Assembly (NCBI GenBank): GCA_010909165.1
Contig: VJWM01000103.1
Span: 682,001-746,000 of the forward strand
Length of the DNA stretch: 64,000 bases
DNA from: Anthoceros angustus
Taxonomy: Eukaryota > Plantae > Anthocerotophyta
Reading direction: 5' to 3'
This document shows, one piece after another, positions 51,207 through 64,000 of this stretch (the first letter of the stretch is position 1; each line of letters opens with the position of its first letter). The notes beneath the pieces were generated by a model. It was not told the DNA's origin and made no database searches. It saw only the letters and a list, made by a program, of their open reading frames with translations. The position numbers were made by a program, and so were the translations under genes.

Positions 51207-51337
51207 CAAACTGGTAGAGGCAGGAATGTGGACTTCCAGGGATAATCTTAGTTTTAAGATATTCATGCGAACAAACTGGTAGAGGCAGGAATGTGGACTT
51301 CCAGGGATAATCTTAGTTTTAAGATATTCATGCGAAC
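51207..51337. repeat. Perfect 65-bp tandem duplication
   Basis: caaactggtagaggcagg...attcatgcgaaca at 51207 and 51272. Confidence 0.95.
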
Positions 51338-53799
51338 AGGGTGTTATTTACTAAAAGCCGAAATCGCAGTCTGGATGATCCTCATGAACCGGATGGAGCT
51401 GGACTGAAACCTCCCCATTTGCCTCCTCTCTTGCATTTAGTCTGTTGTAGACATCACACGATGGCGATGGTTGATACTGACTGAAGCACTGAAGGAGCTT
51501 ATGCCTTACTCTTCCACTTTTGTCTACATGCATACCCCTTTGTGGCTGAAGCGTAAAGCTGACTAGGATCGTTAAGCTCGTGCAGGCTGCAGCTGCTGCA
51601 GAAGCAGCCCGTCTCGAAGATCCTTGGGACGCTGGAATCATATTGTACGCAACCAGCGGCAGGGAGGCCATACCACCTTGGAAGGGGATAAGCACGTGCC
51701 TATCAGGCCTCCAGCAGTTTCTCATCAGCTATGTCGACGCAAGAGCTGACCGATTCGAGCAGCCCCACGTCAAAGGAGAAAGTACATACGTGCCTGCCTA
51801 GGCTCATGCCTCATATAAAGATTCCGTTGTCTGTCGGGATATTATGAGCTGAGTATCTGGTCTTTAGACCACTTACTGTATGCATACGTACACATAGCTA
51901 AATCTATATGTCACGAAAGAAGAGCAAAGGTCTTGTTTGTTTAGAGAAGAAACTGTTAAACTCCAAGATAAAGCAGCTCTCGGCTCATAACTGTACTGTG
52001 AGTGGAAGCAGCTCTAGCTCGTACGCTCATCCCTGTACTGGAAGCAGATCTGGACTCATGCAATGTACTGTAAGATTTGTATTCAATCTGGGGTTTTGTG
52101 TGATTTGTAATCAATTTGGGATTTTCCCCGCCGATAGCTGTGTCTTGTTGGTGCAGTATATATACATACCAGTCCTAGAGTGTGCGGCTCACCATAACCC
52201 ACTAACAGGTAGTGTATTATCAACCCATACTTTTCACCATTACCCATCAACAGGAAGAATAGTATCAGCCCATATTCAAGTACTTTGTGCTCTCGTTGTG
52301 CATAATGAATTGCTGTAGGCAAAGGGAAAACAAGATTTGTGAAAGAACACAATGAAAGAAATTGTAACTTTCTCACTGCCACAGAATCTGTTGCTCTCTC
52401 GGTGCCACAGAACCTGCAGCTTCCTCTGTGTGTGTGAACACAGTGATCAGGGCAGTGGGCAGTGGGCAGTGGGCAGTGGGCACCGGCGATCCGCCAGTTT
52501 TCCCTACGAGGCGTGCACCGCCTGGTCAGGACGTGTCGTCAGGCGTTGCCAACCTTTTCGTATACCACCTGCGCAAGAGTTCTAGAAACCTAGAAACCCG
52601 TGAAGGTGAATCGTTCTACTGTGCCTGTGATCCTGCAAGCTGACGTCCTTCTGGACTGTTCAGATATGTTTTGGTGCGTTTAACGACGAAAATGGCAGCT
52701 CCCAGGGGATTTCGACACCCCATTGTAGAGCCGAACAACTCAGAAATATCAACTCTTGGAATTTGGGACAGAATCTGACAAGTTCGGAATTTATTCGTCG
52801 ACATCCTGTGAAGGGTGCCTGCCCTGCTTGGGCGTCGCCTGCGACTCTAATCATAAGCATCAACTAGGACCATAAGGATCACACTGCACACGGCAAGAAC
52901 TGCAGTAGCTAAAGCTAATGACTGAATTTCCATCAAATGATATGTTACATTGCCGCCAGACATTCCAGTTCGTACCTCCTACGCATATAACGCGTGGCCC
53001 GGTGCCCTCGTAGTGAGACACCGTCGTTCAGGTTGCTAAAGCCCAAACACTTCATGCACAAACGCCCGTCTGCAAGGCTTCATCTTTCAACATATACGAC
53101 TTGAAATCAGATTTGTTAACAATCAAGTTTCCTGCGCATCCTCCCACAAATAAACCAAGTTCACTTGAGTCTGCAAACCACAGAACTCTCCTGATAAATA
53201 AGACAGACTGTCTACACTTCCCCTCCCTGCCAACTTTAGCGTGGTGAATCCAATGCACTCTCGCATAGAACATTCCCTCCTTTCTTCCCTGTGAATCAGG
53301 TAAAACGAGAATCGCTAGCAGTACTTCACAAGGTCCACCTATTACCTCCGATCCTATTTCCCTGCTTCACCATGCGGAGACCTGCAACCCATTTGCAAAC
53401 CTACCCTTCCTCCACACCTGTGGTTGTCCTCTCTCTTGCAGAGATGCAGTGTGCTACCTGATGGTTGCCTTTCCGGGACTTTGCCCGACGTTTGTGACAA
53501 GTGTGCCACATTCCTAGTCTACATCCCGGTCTACCTGTTGCTTTGTACCTAGTTTGTAAACTTACCAAGATAAAAGCCACACTCACATTAAGAAACTTAA
53601 AAGCCCACCCTACAGCTATCACCTGCCAAAAATATGGTGGAGTGGAAAGGAGAGCAGCGCCACAGCAGGCTGATTCCTTGCACTTCCAAAAATGTTATGG
53701 AACACATAGTATATACATAGCCCTGCATGCACCTGTGAAGAATTACGGAATGTACAACCATTGGACAGCCCTGAAGCCAACCTGCTCTGCAGATAGTTC

Positions 53800-56506
53800 T
53801 CACAGGATAATACACTGACAGACTGGCACTTTCCTCTTCTCCTTGTGATCCTCCTCAGTGCTTACCGCCAGTGATGCATTTACATCCCGTGGTCGAGTAA
53901 TAGCTTGACCACCTCTCATGCTGACAGTCTGTCTGCTGTAAGGATCTGCTGCTGACTTGCTACTTGACTTGCTACTTGACTTGCTACTTGACCTGAAACA
54001 ACCAACGCAGGTCACCAACATTGCTATCAAGCCCGAGAATGAGGGAAGTGAACTAACCCACACCAAGAACACGCTGCACATAGGACATGACTGCATCATA
54101 GTTCCAATCTCACTCTACTCTCCATGGCTGATGATACTGACCTGGTCACCCCAACAGACTCCTTAGTGGTAGATGGCCTCGACCTAATGTTTTGAGTCCC
54201 TGCAAACTCCAGTGCTTCGAGCATCTGCACTACCTCCACAAAATCTGGTCTGTTTGAAGGCTCTGGATGCCAACACTTTGACATTATCGAGGCCAATGAA
54301 GGGTCGCAAGCAGATGTTGGTGGCCGATGATTCTGACAGGCACATGGACAGAGTTAAAAGATGTGCTGAGAAAGTCCAAAGAATGTACATTGGAATTCAG
54401 CCCCCTGCCCTACTGCTCAAGGAAGCAATAATTCCAATTCTCAAGACGCAAAAGCTGGGACAGCAACACAGAGTACCCGTACATCATTTGCCACTGCATG
54501 TGCTAACTGGACAAAGGCAAGCCCTTCAAATGGGACAAGACAAGTGCAGAGCTCCCAGAGCACAATCCCAAAACTGTACACGTCGATTTTACGTGTGTAA
54601 GGTTTATGTCCTATCACCTGGTAAGAAATATCACGGCTCATTAGACATGTCATCACCACAAACATTATTCCACGCTGTGCCTCACAGATTAGCAGCATAT
54701 GAACACATAGCCCACCTCTGGAGCCATCCATCTGATTGTGCCGGTCTCTGCAGTCATGTTGCCTGGATCCTCAGCTTCAAACCTTGCAAGCCCAAAGTCA
54801 GCCACCTTGACAACCCCTTGGCTGTCCAGAAGCAGGTTTGCAGACTTCAAGTCCCGATGCATTATGTTGTGCTGATGCAGATACTCCATACCCCTGGGAG
54901 CATTGACCAAATTACCGTCAGCAACAGTGAAAAGGAACTCTCAACAAGAATTCATAAAACACAAACAACATGAGAAGGACTACATGGCAGAAGCTCTACC
55001 TTGCAATGTCCAGAGCCATTTCAACAATTCTCGGTGTTGGCAACTTCTTCTTTTGTTGTTTCATCAGAAAAGCTTTCAGGGATCCTCCTTCAAGGTATTC
55101 CGTCACGATGGCCCACTTTGGTGGATTTATGGATGCCCCGATGAACTGCAAAACGTGACAGCAAACCATGAATCAAGTGGACTGTTAACCTGTCCAAGCC
55201 TGTCCAACATCCGATCTAGTGAAGGACAGCGGCAACTGGTTGCTCCTTGGACTAACGATCCCAACCATGACCTCCAATTGAAAGCACTCGACCTAGACCT
55301 GCCCATAGACACACACAAGATGCCCATATACCTAAACCAGTGGAGATTCCTGCCAGAAGCTTTCTCTGACCAAGACTGGTACCTCGTACTCACCGACTGC
55401 ACTCCGTTCGGGACGTTGTTATCCAGGTTAGGCACAAAGACCAGTAGGAGCACATTCAAGCACAAAGCAACACCTACTGACTCAGCTGCCACCTCGCAAG
55501 CCCAACGAGGAGGGTTTCCCTAGACGGGTTGCTGTACTCCTTCTAAGTACTCAGATTGTCATGAGCGAGATATGGATGCGACTCAGCGACACTGCACCTG
55601 GTGCAGACTGCAGATCAAGGACATCGGTATAAACGAGTGTACCTGCACAATGTTGGGATGACTCAACGTGTACCATAAGCCAATTTCCTGCCTGAATCCG
55701 GCCTTCAGCTTGTTCAGTTCCTTGACGGAAGAAGCTTCAGGGATGAGGAGTGATTTCACGGCAATCTGCTGACCCTTATAGACCGCCATGTTCACCATAC
55801 CGAAGGATCCCGTAGCCACTACATCACCAATCTCGAGCTGGTCCAGGTCCACATGCCAGGGGGCTCCGAGACTGGACATGTCTTCCGGGGAAGTCGGCGT
55901 CGGCAGGTGAAGATAGCGATGCCACTCCCTGGCGGAAAAGAAGCTGTGGCTATTGCTCGGCTTGTGCGCTGAGGTTACGGACTTCTCTGCTTCCCCCGCA
56001 TTGCAGCAGGTGGACGAAGCAGAAGAGCTCTTCTGCGAGGAAGAAAGAACATGATCCTCGTTAGCTTGCAGTGCCTGTTGATCTTCCGCGGTGGCCGTTC
56101 GTAACGCCGGGAACGCCGTTGGAAGTGCGTATTCAATTCGAAGGCGCGGCCCAAGGGATCCGCTACCGACATTTCCATCAACACATAAAGAAGCTGAGCC
56201 TGGTGATTGTAACGTCGGTTGCAGCTCAGAAGGATTCAAGTCTTCACTACCAGCCTGGTCCTCTTCTCCCGACCGACGCCTGGGGTCCAAATGAGATCTG
56301 GGACTGTCTTCCCATACATCAGCATCGCCGCCAGCTTTTTGAGAGCTGCCACCTCCACTTCCATCTACCGCCTCCTCGAAAGCGGACCTCTGCAGTGCAG
56401 AGCCTTCGGCTGCCGGAGGGGTGCGAGAGTGCGCTTCCTCCCCGTTTCCACTCACCGTGCTCCCACCCTGCCAAGCGTGGACGCGGCTGACGTACTCCGG
56501 GGCCAT
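53800..56506 (-). CDS. Raf-like (group C/STY-type) protein kinase with predicted C-terminal CaaX exon
   Basis: [78 protein letters not shown]; last intron 53993-54141 joins to ...[14 protein letters not shown]. Confidence 0.9.
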
Positions 56507-57879
56507 GAAGCAGGGCAAGGCCAAGCAGTGAGCACACCTGCGAGCCTAAACCAAGAGCCCGTCCTACTCCAGCTTCCCGGAGCTCATGGAGCCCGTTCCC
56601 GGGTGTTCCAGAGCGCCATCTGGCGTGTGCCGTCCACAATTCGAGACCGACTCCCAGCGGCCTTGAAGATCAAGCAGAAGGCAGCAGCCCGCCTTTCCTT
56701 TCCCCCAGTCTTTCCAGCGTCGATGCCCGCATTACCGCGCCTGCTCTGCACTCAGGCAGTGCTCCTCCCCGGCCCTGTCAGGCATGGCAAAACGGGCAGC
56801 TGCGAATGGAAATGCACCACAGTCCGAGGAAAGCGAAGGAAAAGAATCAGTGCTCGTCCGGAGAGAGGAGCGGCAGCGGAACTCAGAACGCGAGCCACGC
56901 GGCGAGTGCATCATCCTTAAAAAGGCGACAGTCTTCAAATAAACGGCGCCTCGGATTTGCCTCACTTGTGTGTTTCCGTTTGGATGCTTGTGGTTTACAG
57001 GCTATATTAAATGCCTGCAGCGGTAGGATGTGTCCGATGCCCATGTACAGATGGGTGTTCCATGCAAGAAGTGGGCCTCCCCAGTGCCCCTCATTACAAG
57101 GTGAGTAGGTGGTGACTTCAACACTGTACAGGATGCCGCTTGCGGACAAACCCGGGACGCGTTTTGGCCTCTCCTCTTCTTCCCACATAGTTCACCTTCC
57201 CACTTTTACCAACTTCGTGGACGCCCACGCTGGTGAGCGCTTCGTCAGATGTAGCTTCACGCGTCAGCTAATGCTAAGGCGGCAGTGGGCGATTTTTCCC
57301 AAAGAACTAAGGAATAAGGTAGAAATGCTTGACAAGACCATGAAGTGAAGTCTGAAAGATGGTAGTTGGAAGAGTTCATGTTGTAATGCTTCACCCATAA
57401 GTTCACAAATCTTCATACCTACACTTTCTTTGCATAAATTTATGCTTTATCATAGATAAAATTGGATATTGTCAAAGATTCAACCATGAAACAAGTGTTA
57501 CAACTTGTGAGCAACACTTAAGGCACATAGTTTACATAAAACACTTTCCCGCAAACTTGTAGAAGTCCATCCCACTCATTGGTCAGCATTCAAAAGTGCT
57601 TCCTCCATATAATACATATTGGGAAGATGTTCATCAGACTCCTTTTTATTTTTAATAATCATGTATCAAAACATGAAGATGGTTTTGATTTAAGTACTAA
57701 ATCAAAACCATTTTGATATTCTGTCAACTGAGATAGAATGATAATAATATGGACCATACTAAAGAGCGCTTTACTATTAAGCACTTAGTATACTTAATAA
57801 TTGCTTGTAAGTTTTTTGAGTCTTTACTAATAAGTGTATCAATTGGTACACTTAATTATTGATTATAAGTTTTTTGAAT

Positions 57880-59945
57880 GATTCTAGAAGCAATAAAGAG
57901 GGTAGAGCAGCAAGGCCCCTTACTACACAGTTAATACGGATGCGGTAAGTGCTGGCATCCCAGCGGTTTAGGACCTCGCCAATTCAGTTCCTATAGAGAC
58001 TTGAACAACTCTCAGCGCTCTCAATCTCACAACGCAACACTAGGCTCCAAGTGCTGACGACTCGTTGACCACCTCCTCGATGTGCTTTTTATTCATGCAC
58101 GCACTTGAGTCCGGCTATCACGTGGCTACCGCAAGGAGGTAATCGCTCTTTATTTACGCAAGACTTGAGCTCGATCTACGCCCAAGCTACTACAATGAAG
58201 TACTACTCTTTATTCACAAAATAGGCACTTGAGTCTGGCTATCTACACCCAAGCTACTGCCTTTGACTCAACGACAAGCTCACTAGTGACGCTCTCCACA
58301 ACTCTCAACACAAGGTTTGTAGCGCACAATGAAATGAATGATGCTAACCCTTATATATCTCACAGGCTCGCCTCAACTAAGCAGCTACTAACTTAGAAGA
58401 TCCTTGCACATCACTTAGAGTCCTCTCTATCCAGGTCTTCATTAGTGGCTGCAGCAATTCCTCTTAATAGGAGATTGTATGAAGCATGCAACACATTTAT
58501 CTAAAGATCCATTACCGAGAATCCGATAATAAAGATAATTAAAGCCATGGCTCGATCCTCAGTTCTTGAGACACGTTTTAGGGAAAGATCTATCTATGGC
58601 ACTTTGCTAAAACTGAAGGTGTTCAATGCTTGTGTGACATTGTGACGCGACTTTCGCTGACGGCCAGTCGGGCGCGCACAATCCCGTGTCGTTGTAGCAA
58701 GGGGTCCGTTCCACAGGGAATGGTCTCGTGCTTATTCTGCTTGAGCTCTACAACCTATCGCCTGAACGGACTTCATCATGTTGGGTTCGGCGGCTCCACA
58801 ACCCTAAGTGTGTGCCCCTCCACAACTCGTCGGACCAGACGCACAGCCACCGGACCTTCCCACAAACCCCGCCCGGGTTTCTCCAGTATCATCGGAACAG
58901 GTTTAGCGCCGCATTCCTCCGCCTGTCTACGTACTCTAGCGCCCCAGCGCTCCTCAACTCTGTCTGACCACAACTCCACCTCAACACACACGCCGCAGCG
59001 CGGCCCTCCTCTCTTATCCATCCCCAGCTAGTAGTCACCACACCAACACGCCGATGTATTCACACCAGGCCGCCTTTGCCCCTTCCGGCTGCTTCACGTA
59101 CTGCGGAGAAGTAGCTTCGTAGCCTGCAACGCCACAGCCTCCGTTCCAGCAGCCTCTAGGGATGGCTTCCGCCCAGCAGGGTCACCCCAAAGCGCCCCCT
59201 AATCCCTTCCGACTGCTTCACGTTCTGCGGGGAAGTAGCTTCACAACCTGCAACCCCACAGCCTCCGTTCCAGCAACCTCCAAGGTTAGACTCGCGCCCG
59301 GGAAATCACCCGCGAGCACCTCCTGAGCTCAGGTCCGAGCCCGCTCTGCACCCATCAAGCGTGTGGGCGGAACTCGTCACCAGAGCTCTAAACACATCCC
59401 TCTACCACCAATTAATCTCGTGACGGTGAGGAACTCACTCCGCCTCCTCGAGCACGGAGGCAAGAGCACCTGAGTGCGGAGATGGTACCGGATAGTCTGC
59501 CGTCTTGGACGCCTTCCTATATACCCCCCATACCCTAATCTAACCCGCCTATGTATGTACCCTAACCCTGGGTCGGGGTAACCGCCAGGACGTAGCTCAT
59601 CATTGCGCCGGACTTCTTCCACCAGCTGTTTCCCCGCCAAGCAGTAGATCCGTTCCAGATATGCCAACCAGACTACGCCGCCCGGATGGACCACTCCGTC
59701 GGACCTCGCCCGGACGGACCACTCCGTCGGACCTCGCCCGAACGGACTTACTCCGTCGGACCTCGCCCGAACCATATCTTCCCCTTCGCCGGATCACCCC
59801 ATCCCGACGGACCAATCCAGCACCCGTCGGACCTGTTCGCGCCGTAACGGACCCAGGGTTTAGGGATTGCACTCTAAGTACAATCTGGCCAAAACGGCCT
59901 TATTGGCTAACACCTCCCTATCCCTCTTAACAGTAACGACCCGAA
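57880..59945. mobile_element. LTR-like retroelement remnant(s) without coding domains
   Basis: Internal repeats (acttgag...ctatc...agctac 58100-58260; ~123-bp-period duplication 59080-59282; 28-bp x3 at 59688-59771), TATA-like motifs on minus strand ~58350 and ~59520; boundaries unresolved. Confidence 0.4.
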
Positions 59946-60349
59946 AAAAACAAAACAAGTCGCCAGGAGTACGAACATCGGATTTGGCACTCCACAGACA
60001 TCTAAGCTTCTATTTACAGTAGAATTATGGGCACCCTCATGCTCACAAGCTCAGCGTCGAGCTATTGAGGGGACGCACATGCATAGATTATTTATGTTAA
60101 CATCTTCAGCCACAAAAGCAAACATCAACTCAGAATGTGCTGGCAGAATTTGGCCACTATTCTTTATAGCCAACTCAACAGAATTCTTTCATGAACTTGG
60201 TCACAAACTACTCAACCAATTCATTCTCTGACATACAGAGGTTGTAGAACTCCCGCGTCAAGTGACCCTTGTTCACAGCGTTGTCGAAAACGCACTTCTT
60301 CTTCAAGTTATCCCAAACTTCCTTAGAGGTTGAGCTAATGGCTCTCAAG

Positions 60350-63050
60350 CAGACCTATGCCTTTATGCAGTATGCCTCGCAAAGTGACCCAACAACACTT
60401 CTCAGAAAAGGGTATGAGGTTGCATCACAATTAGCGTTTATGGCAATTAAAGGGCCCGTAAAGCGGCACAGAGACTGGATATCAAACCATGGCATGCTCC
60501 GTCTTGCGTTACGTTGGCAAACAGGAAATTCAGCACAAAATTAACAAGGCTACCTATATCGCAGCTAGAAGAATTCAGTTCTTACTACATATATCTATAG
60601 TGTCCACCTGCCTCCGAAACTCAAGTATGTGATTCAACCCTATCTCTTGGGAAACCATAGCTTGTCATTAATACGAGCAATTGCTCAGTTCAGGTTGAGG
60701 AGCACAAACCTTCGTGTTATCAGAGGAAGAGGCCATATGCCTAGATAGCACAGGGGTTGCCTTAGGTGTCGATCCGGAGAGGTGGACGATGAAAGTCATA
60801 TAACTGCGTCTGTGTAGAAAGGAGTTTCTCCTGAAACCCCTTTTTGCACACGGACGTGGTTGGACCCTTTTTTGCACTTGAAAAATCCGTACTATAATCA
60901 ACCTTTTTGGTATTTCTCTGCAGACATGTCACCCGCCACCTTTTGAATAATTGTTTTGATACACGTTATTTGAGATTGTAGATTGCAAGTACGTGGCAAA
61001 AACCTAAAGTCCCACTCTCGTTCGGCTTTTTCTTTCAATCTGGACACAGAATTCGTGCGCAAACTTATACGTGCACTTACATCTAAACAGTCTCCAACAC
61101 CTGGCAATCAAATGTTTAGAGTTTTAGGGCTTGCTGTAATTCTGGTACGCAAACTTGTTTGCGCACCAACCTTTCATTCATACCAGCCAATCCTAAGACT
61201 ATACTCTCGCTCTGGGAAATTTACAGGACTTTGTTTCTTAGATATTGGGACAATAATATCTTCGTTGACCTGATGCTCTTGATCCACGTGCAATGCGAGA
61301 ATGAGAGTGGCATGGTCTGCACTTGGAGCTGGGCCCACGCCAAACGTTTCAAGATTCAAAAGATGCAAAAGGTTCTCACTACTAGTTCAAAGTTTTAACC
61401 ACTAGAAAAAAGATGAGGGCTAAGTAAAGATCAGAACATGTCCACATTAGGGAGGTGCACAAAAAAAGTTGAAATTGTCGAAAGGAACCCTTTAAAACAA
61501 CAAAAATATAAAAATTCAAAAAATTCAAAAAATATCAAAATTTTAGGGCAAGTGCGCACACTTGCCTAAAAAAATTGGACTTTTTTGGGATTTTTTAGGG
61601 TTTTTTAGAATTTTTGCTCTTTTTTTCTTTGGATGAACCGTCTGATATCGGCGGAGGTTCACCTAGACCGCTCTCATACATCTATCCTATGCCCTAATGC
61701 GATGAAGAACACCCTATCCCCTTTTTATCCTTTACGGTGTTTACGTCTCTTTCGGCGGTGACCTAGTACCGGGCTATCATCAAACATGCCAGGGGGCCCA
61801 GTTGGGTGAACAATTGTGTGCACCATGGTGCAGGCCCAGCTGCACAAGTGCGCACTGTGGGGCCGAGCCAGGTGTGCACGCGCGCACTGGGGCACCGTGC
61901 GCACACAAGAGCGCGCATCCAAGGTCAAAAAGGGCCTAGGAGCATGAACCCATATGGTTCATGCCTCCTACTACTTGTTATTTTGTCGGGAGTTCCAGCA
62001 TATCCTCATACCTCCAAAAAGTCATGTTTCCCCATTAGAGGATCATTTTTCGCATTCTTTTTGCACAGTGCGTGCACAAGTATGCGCATAGCATTGTTTA
62101 GGCGCACTTATGCGTGCCTAGGCCTCCCTGGTATACAAAAACATACAAAACCACACAAAATGCAGAAACTATGGGCATGACAAAATTATGGAACAATGAG
62201 GTCACTGGCCCTTCATCACATGGACTAAATCGCCATGAACCTGAGTACAAGGCGCCAGCGCGGTGTAAATGATTCGACAGGAAGTGGTGCCGGAGCCGAG
62301 AATGCCCGAAATCGATAGATGAACACCTACAAAAACCTACAAAAACTAAACCAACTTCAGTTTCCGGCGAAATAGGGTTGGGATTTTTTCCAAAACCCCT
62401 TTAGACAGGAGAAACCCCTTTCTACATAGTCGATGTTATATATTTGACTAATGCTATACACTAGAGCCCTCCGCAAACATTTTTCAACCTTATTTCACCA
62501 ATCACGTCCTTGGCCATAGCTCTTTCACGACCACCCGGAGAATGTGGGAGTGTATCTGAGATAGGCGTTAAGAGTGGTCAATCTCACGAGGGAGGACCAA
62601 CAAATAGCCATGCCCATCGAATTCTACCACTATTGAAGTAGTGTCTGGAGCAGCTACTTTCATAGCATGCTCTCATCATGCACTATTGCACACAGGATAC
62701 AAAAGAATCTGTCGGTGAGCCAATCTCAGTATCAAGCAAGGATTTTCCTCACTGTGCTTCTTAGATTTGGTCTTGTCCAGCTTTGAGAAAGTCTGTGGCA
62801 ACAGGTTCGATTAATCCTCGTCCCAAACAATCCCCATACTTTTTCCGACTAGTCCCCCGGTTTGATCCATCCTCGTCCAAGTTGCTTCCCGGCTTCGATC
62901 CATCTTTATCCCAATAGCTACCCGGGTTTGATCCATTCAAGTTTGAGTCAATTTGTCGCTGACGAGATGCATCTGCCACGAATGCTCTTAAAGTTAACGT
63001 AGTAGCTGGTATGGCTTCACCATTCATAGGGCATGTCTAGGTAGAACATT
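60350..63050 (-). pseudogene. Highly degraded gene relic, possibly TORNADO1-like ROCO C-terminal part, interrupted by a ~1-kb insertion (~61400-62445)
   Basis: Stop-riddled peptides IPAT, CLGRGL, WLTDRFFCILCAIVH, IVVEFDGHGYLLVL, then LPRTCNL...KTIIQKVAG...FFKC...HVRVQKG loosely recall the TRN1 COR/C-terminal motif order; resemblance from memory only. Confidence 0.3.
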
Positions 63051-64000
63051 CCCCCTTGCCTATAGCAGGTTGTGAAACGGGTCAGGAAATGCTACGACTC
63101 TAGGCGATACCACACCTCACCTAGCCTGGGGCAGGACAACGGAAATTCAATGGTGAGCCAATCTACAGGAGCTCTACGGTCTATTTTTCGACAGCGTCAT
63201 GCCAACTACACCTCTCCGACCTTGAAAAAAGGTTCGCCGCCAGGCCGAATGACAAGTTCTATCCTGATCCCACGTCAGTCTCATCCCGCTTTCTTTCCTC
63301 AATTTCATTTTTTCGAGTTCACTCTTTCAGTTATGTTCTACCTTTTTAGAAATAATAATCTGAAGGAGATGATTTGGTTCAATATTTCCCTACTAACGTG
63401 GATATAGACCTCATCCTTCCTCCCTTCAAAAACTTAATGTACTAATAGTGCTAGAGTAACTTAGTACTACTAGAGGCGTCTCCCTACGATGCATAGGGCA
63501 AATTGGTTTCCCACATGCGAGACTGGCAGCGTGTAACAAATCTTATTATCTAGCTATCTATCTACTAATTAACTTTAACCTTTTTATCTTTCTATTTTAT
63601 TTCACCAGTGCTGTTACTAGAACGATAATGATCGCGAAACCTGGATTCCTTGGGATTAGAGAGAGCCTGTGGTCTTACTACATGAGAACGGCAAAAGAGA
63701 GGAAGATAAGGGAGGTGCAGCGGCCGCAGCATGCCGCCTTCGTTATTATTAGGTAGGTAGTGAAAAAGAGTCTCGTCTACTCAAACCGACCAAACCGTCA
63801 AGCTGTGTGACATATTCGATGGGTTCTCATCACAAGCGGGCGTACCAAAGTTGGCTGCCTTCCCGTAGCCCACACGGAAATGAGGAGGGGTGAGGAGGAG
63901 TGTCACACTGTGAAGGTGAAGGACACACAAGTCTTATGATCTGGACAAATTGCAACCAGAGATCTGGTGTTCGCTTCCACACACCGGTCGGATGAGACAA

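Noticed and set aside
54212-55523. 253-aa and 206-aa plus-strand ORFs
   Set aside because: Antisense to kinase exons and introns; no motifs
56564-56619. Two overlapping uORFs upstream of the kinase
   Set aside because: A likely splice acceptor near 56538 suggests they may be intronic; TSS unknown
61377-61412. CACTA-like terminus
   Set aside because: No matching TAGTG end with a 3-bp TSD at the other side of the insertion

Overview
Compact, gene-dense eukaryotic nuclear DNA with short (~70-250 nt) spliceosomal introns. Plastid-targeted genes plus a flagellar CFAP157-like gene point to a seed-free land plant with flagellated sperm (bryophyte or lycophyte; inference). Exons were spliced by eye. 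Supported genes: 3' end of plastidic G6PDH, AGT2 (-), an orphan multipass membrane gene (+), a decayed microbial-type HAD phosphatase (-), mitochondrial bS21 (+), NSF (-), SMO2 (-), SCYL1/CEX1-like pseudokinase (-), choline monooxygenase-like Rieske oxygenase (+), ClpR3 (-), intronless CFAP157-like (-), CbbY-like HAD (+), a 2OG-Fe(II) dioxygenase (+), a frameshifted TM/Pro-rich gene (+) and a Raf-like STY kinase (-). Accessory DNA includes two degenerate RLE-endonuclease (CRE-like) non-LTR retrotransposons, a dead 5' duplicate of NSF, repeat-rich transposon/LTR remnants and a possible TORNADO1-like relic. Best observations: (1) a spliced last exon gives the Raf-like kinase a polybasic + CxC-CaaL prenylation tail, with an intron-retention form lacking it; (2) an AT-AC U12 minor-spliceosome intron in NSF, whose signals survive in the dead downstream copy; (3) an RLE-type LINE bounded by an 11-bp candidate target-site duplication with a palindromic core; (4) a microbial-like HAD pseudogene; (5) a candidate C/D-box snoRNA. 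Family assignments rest on motif recognition from memory; no database searches were run.
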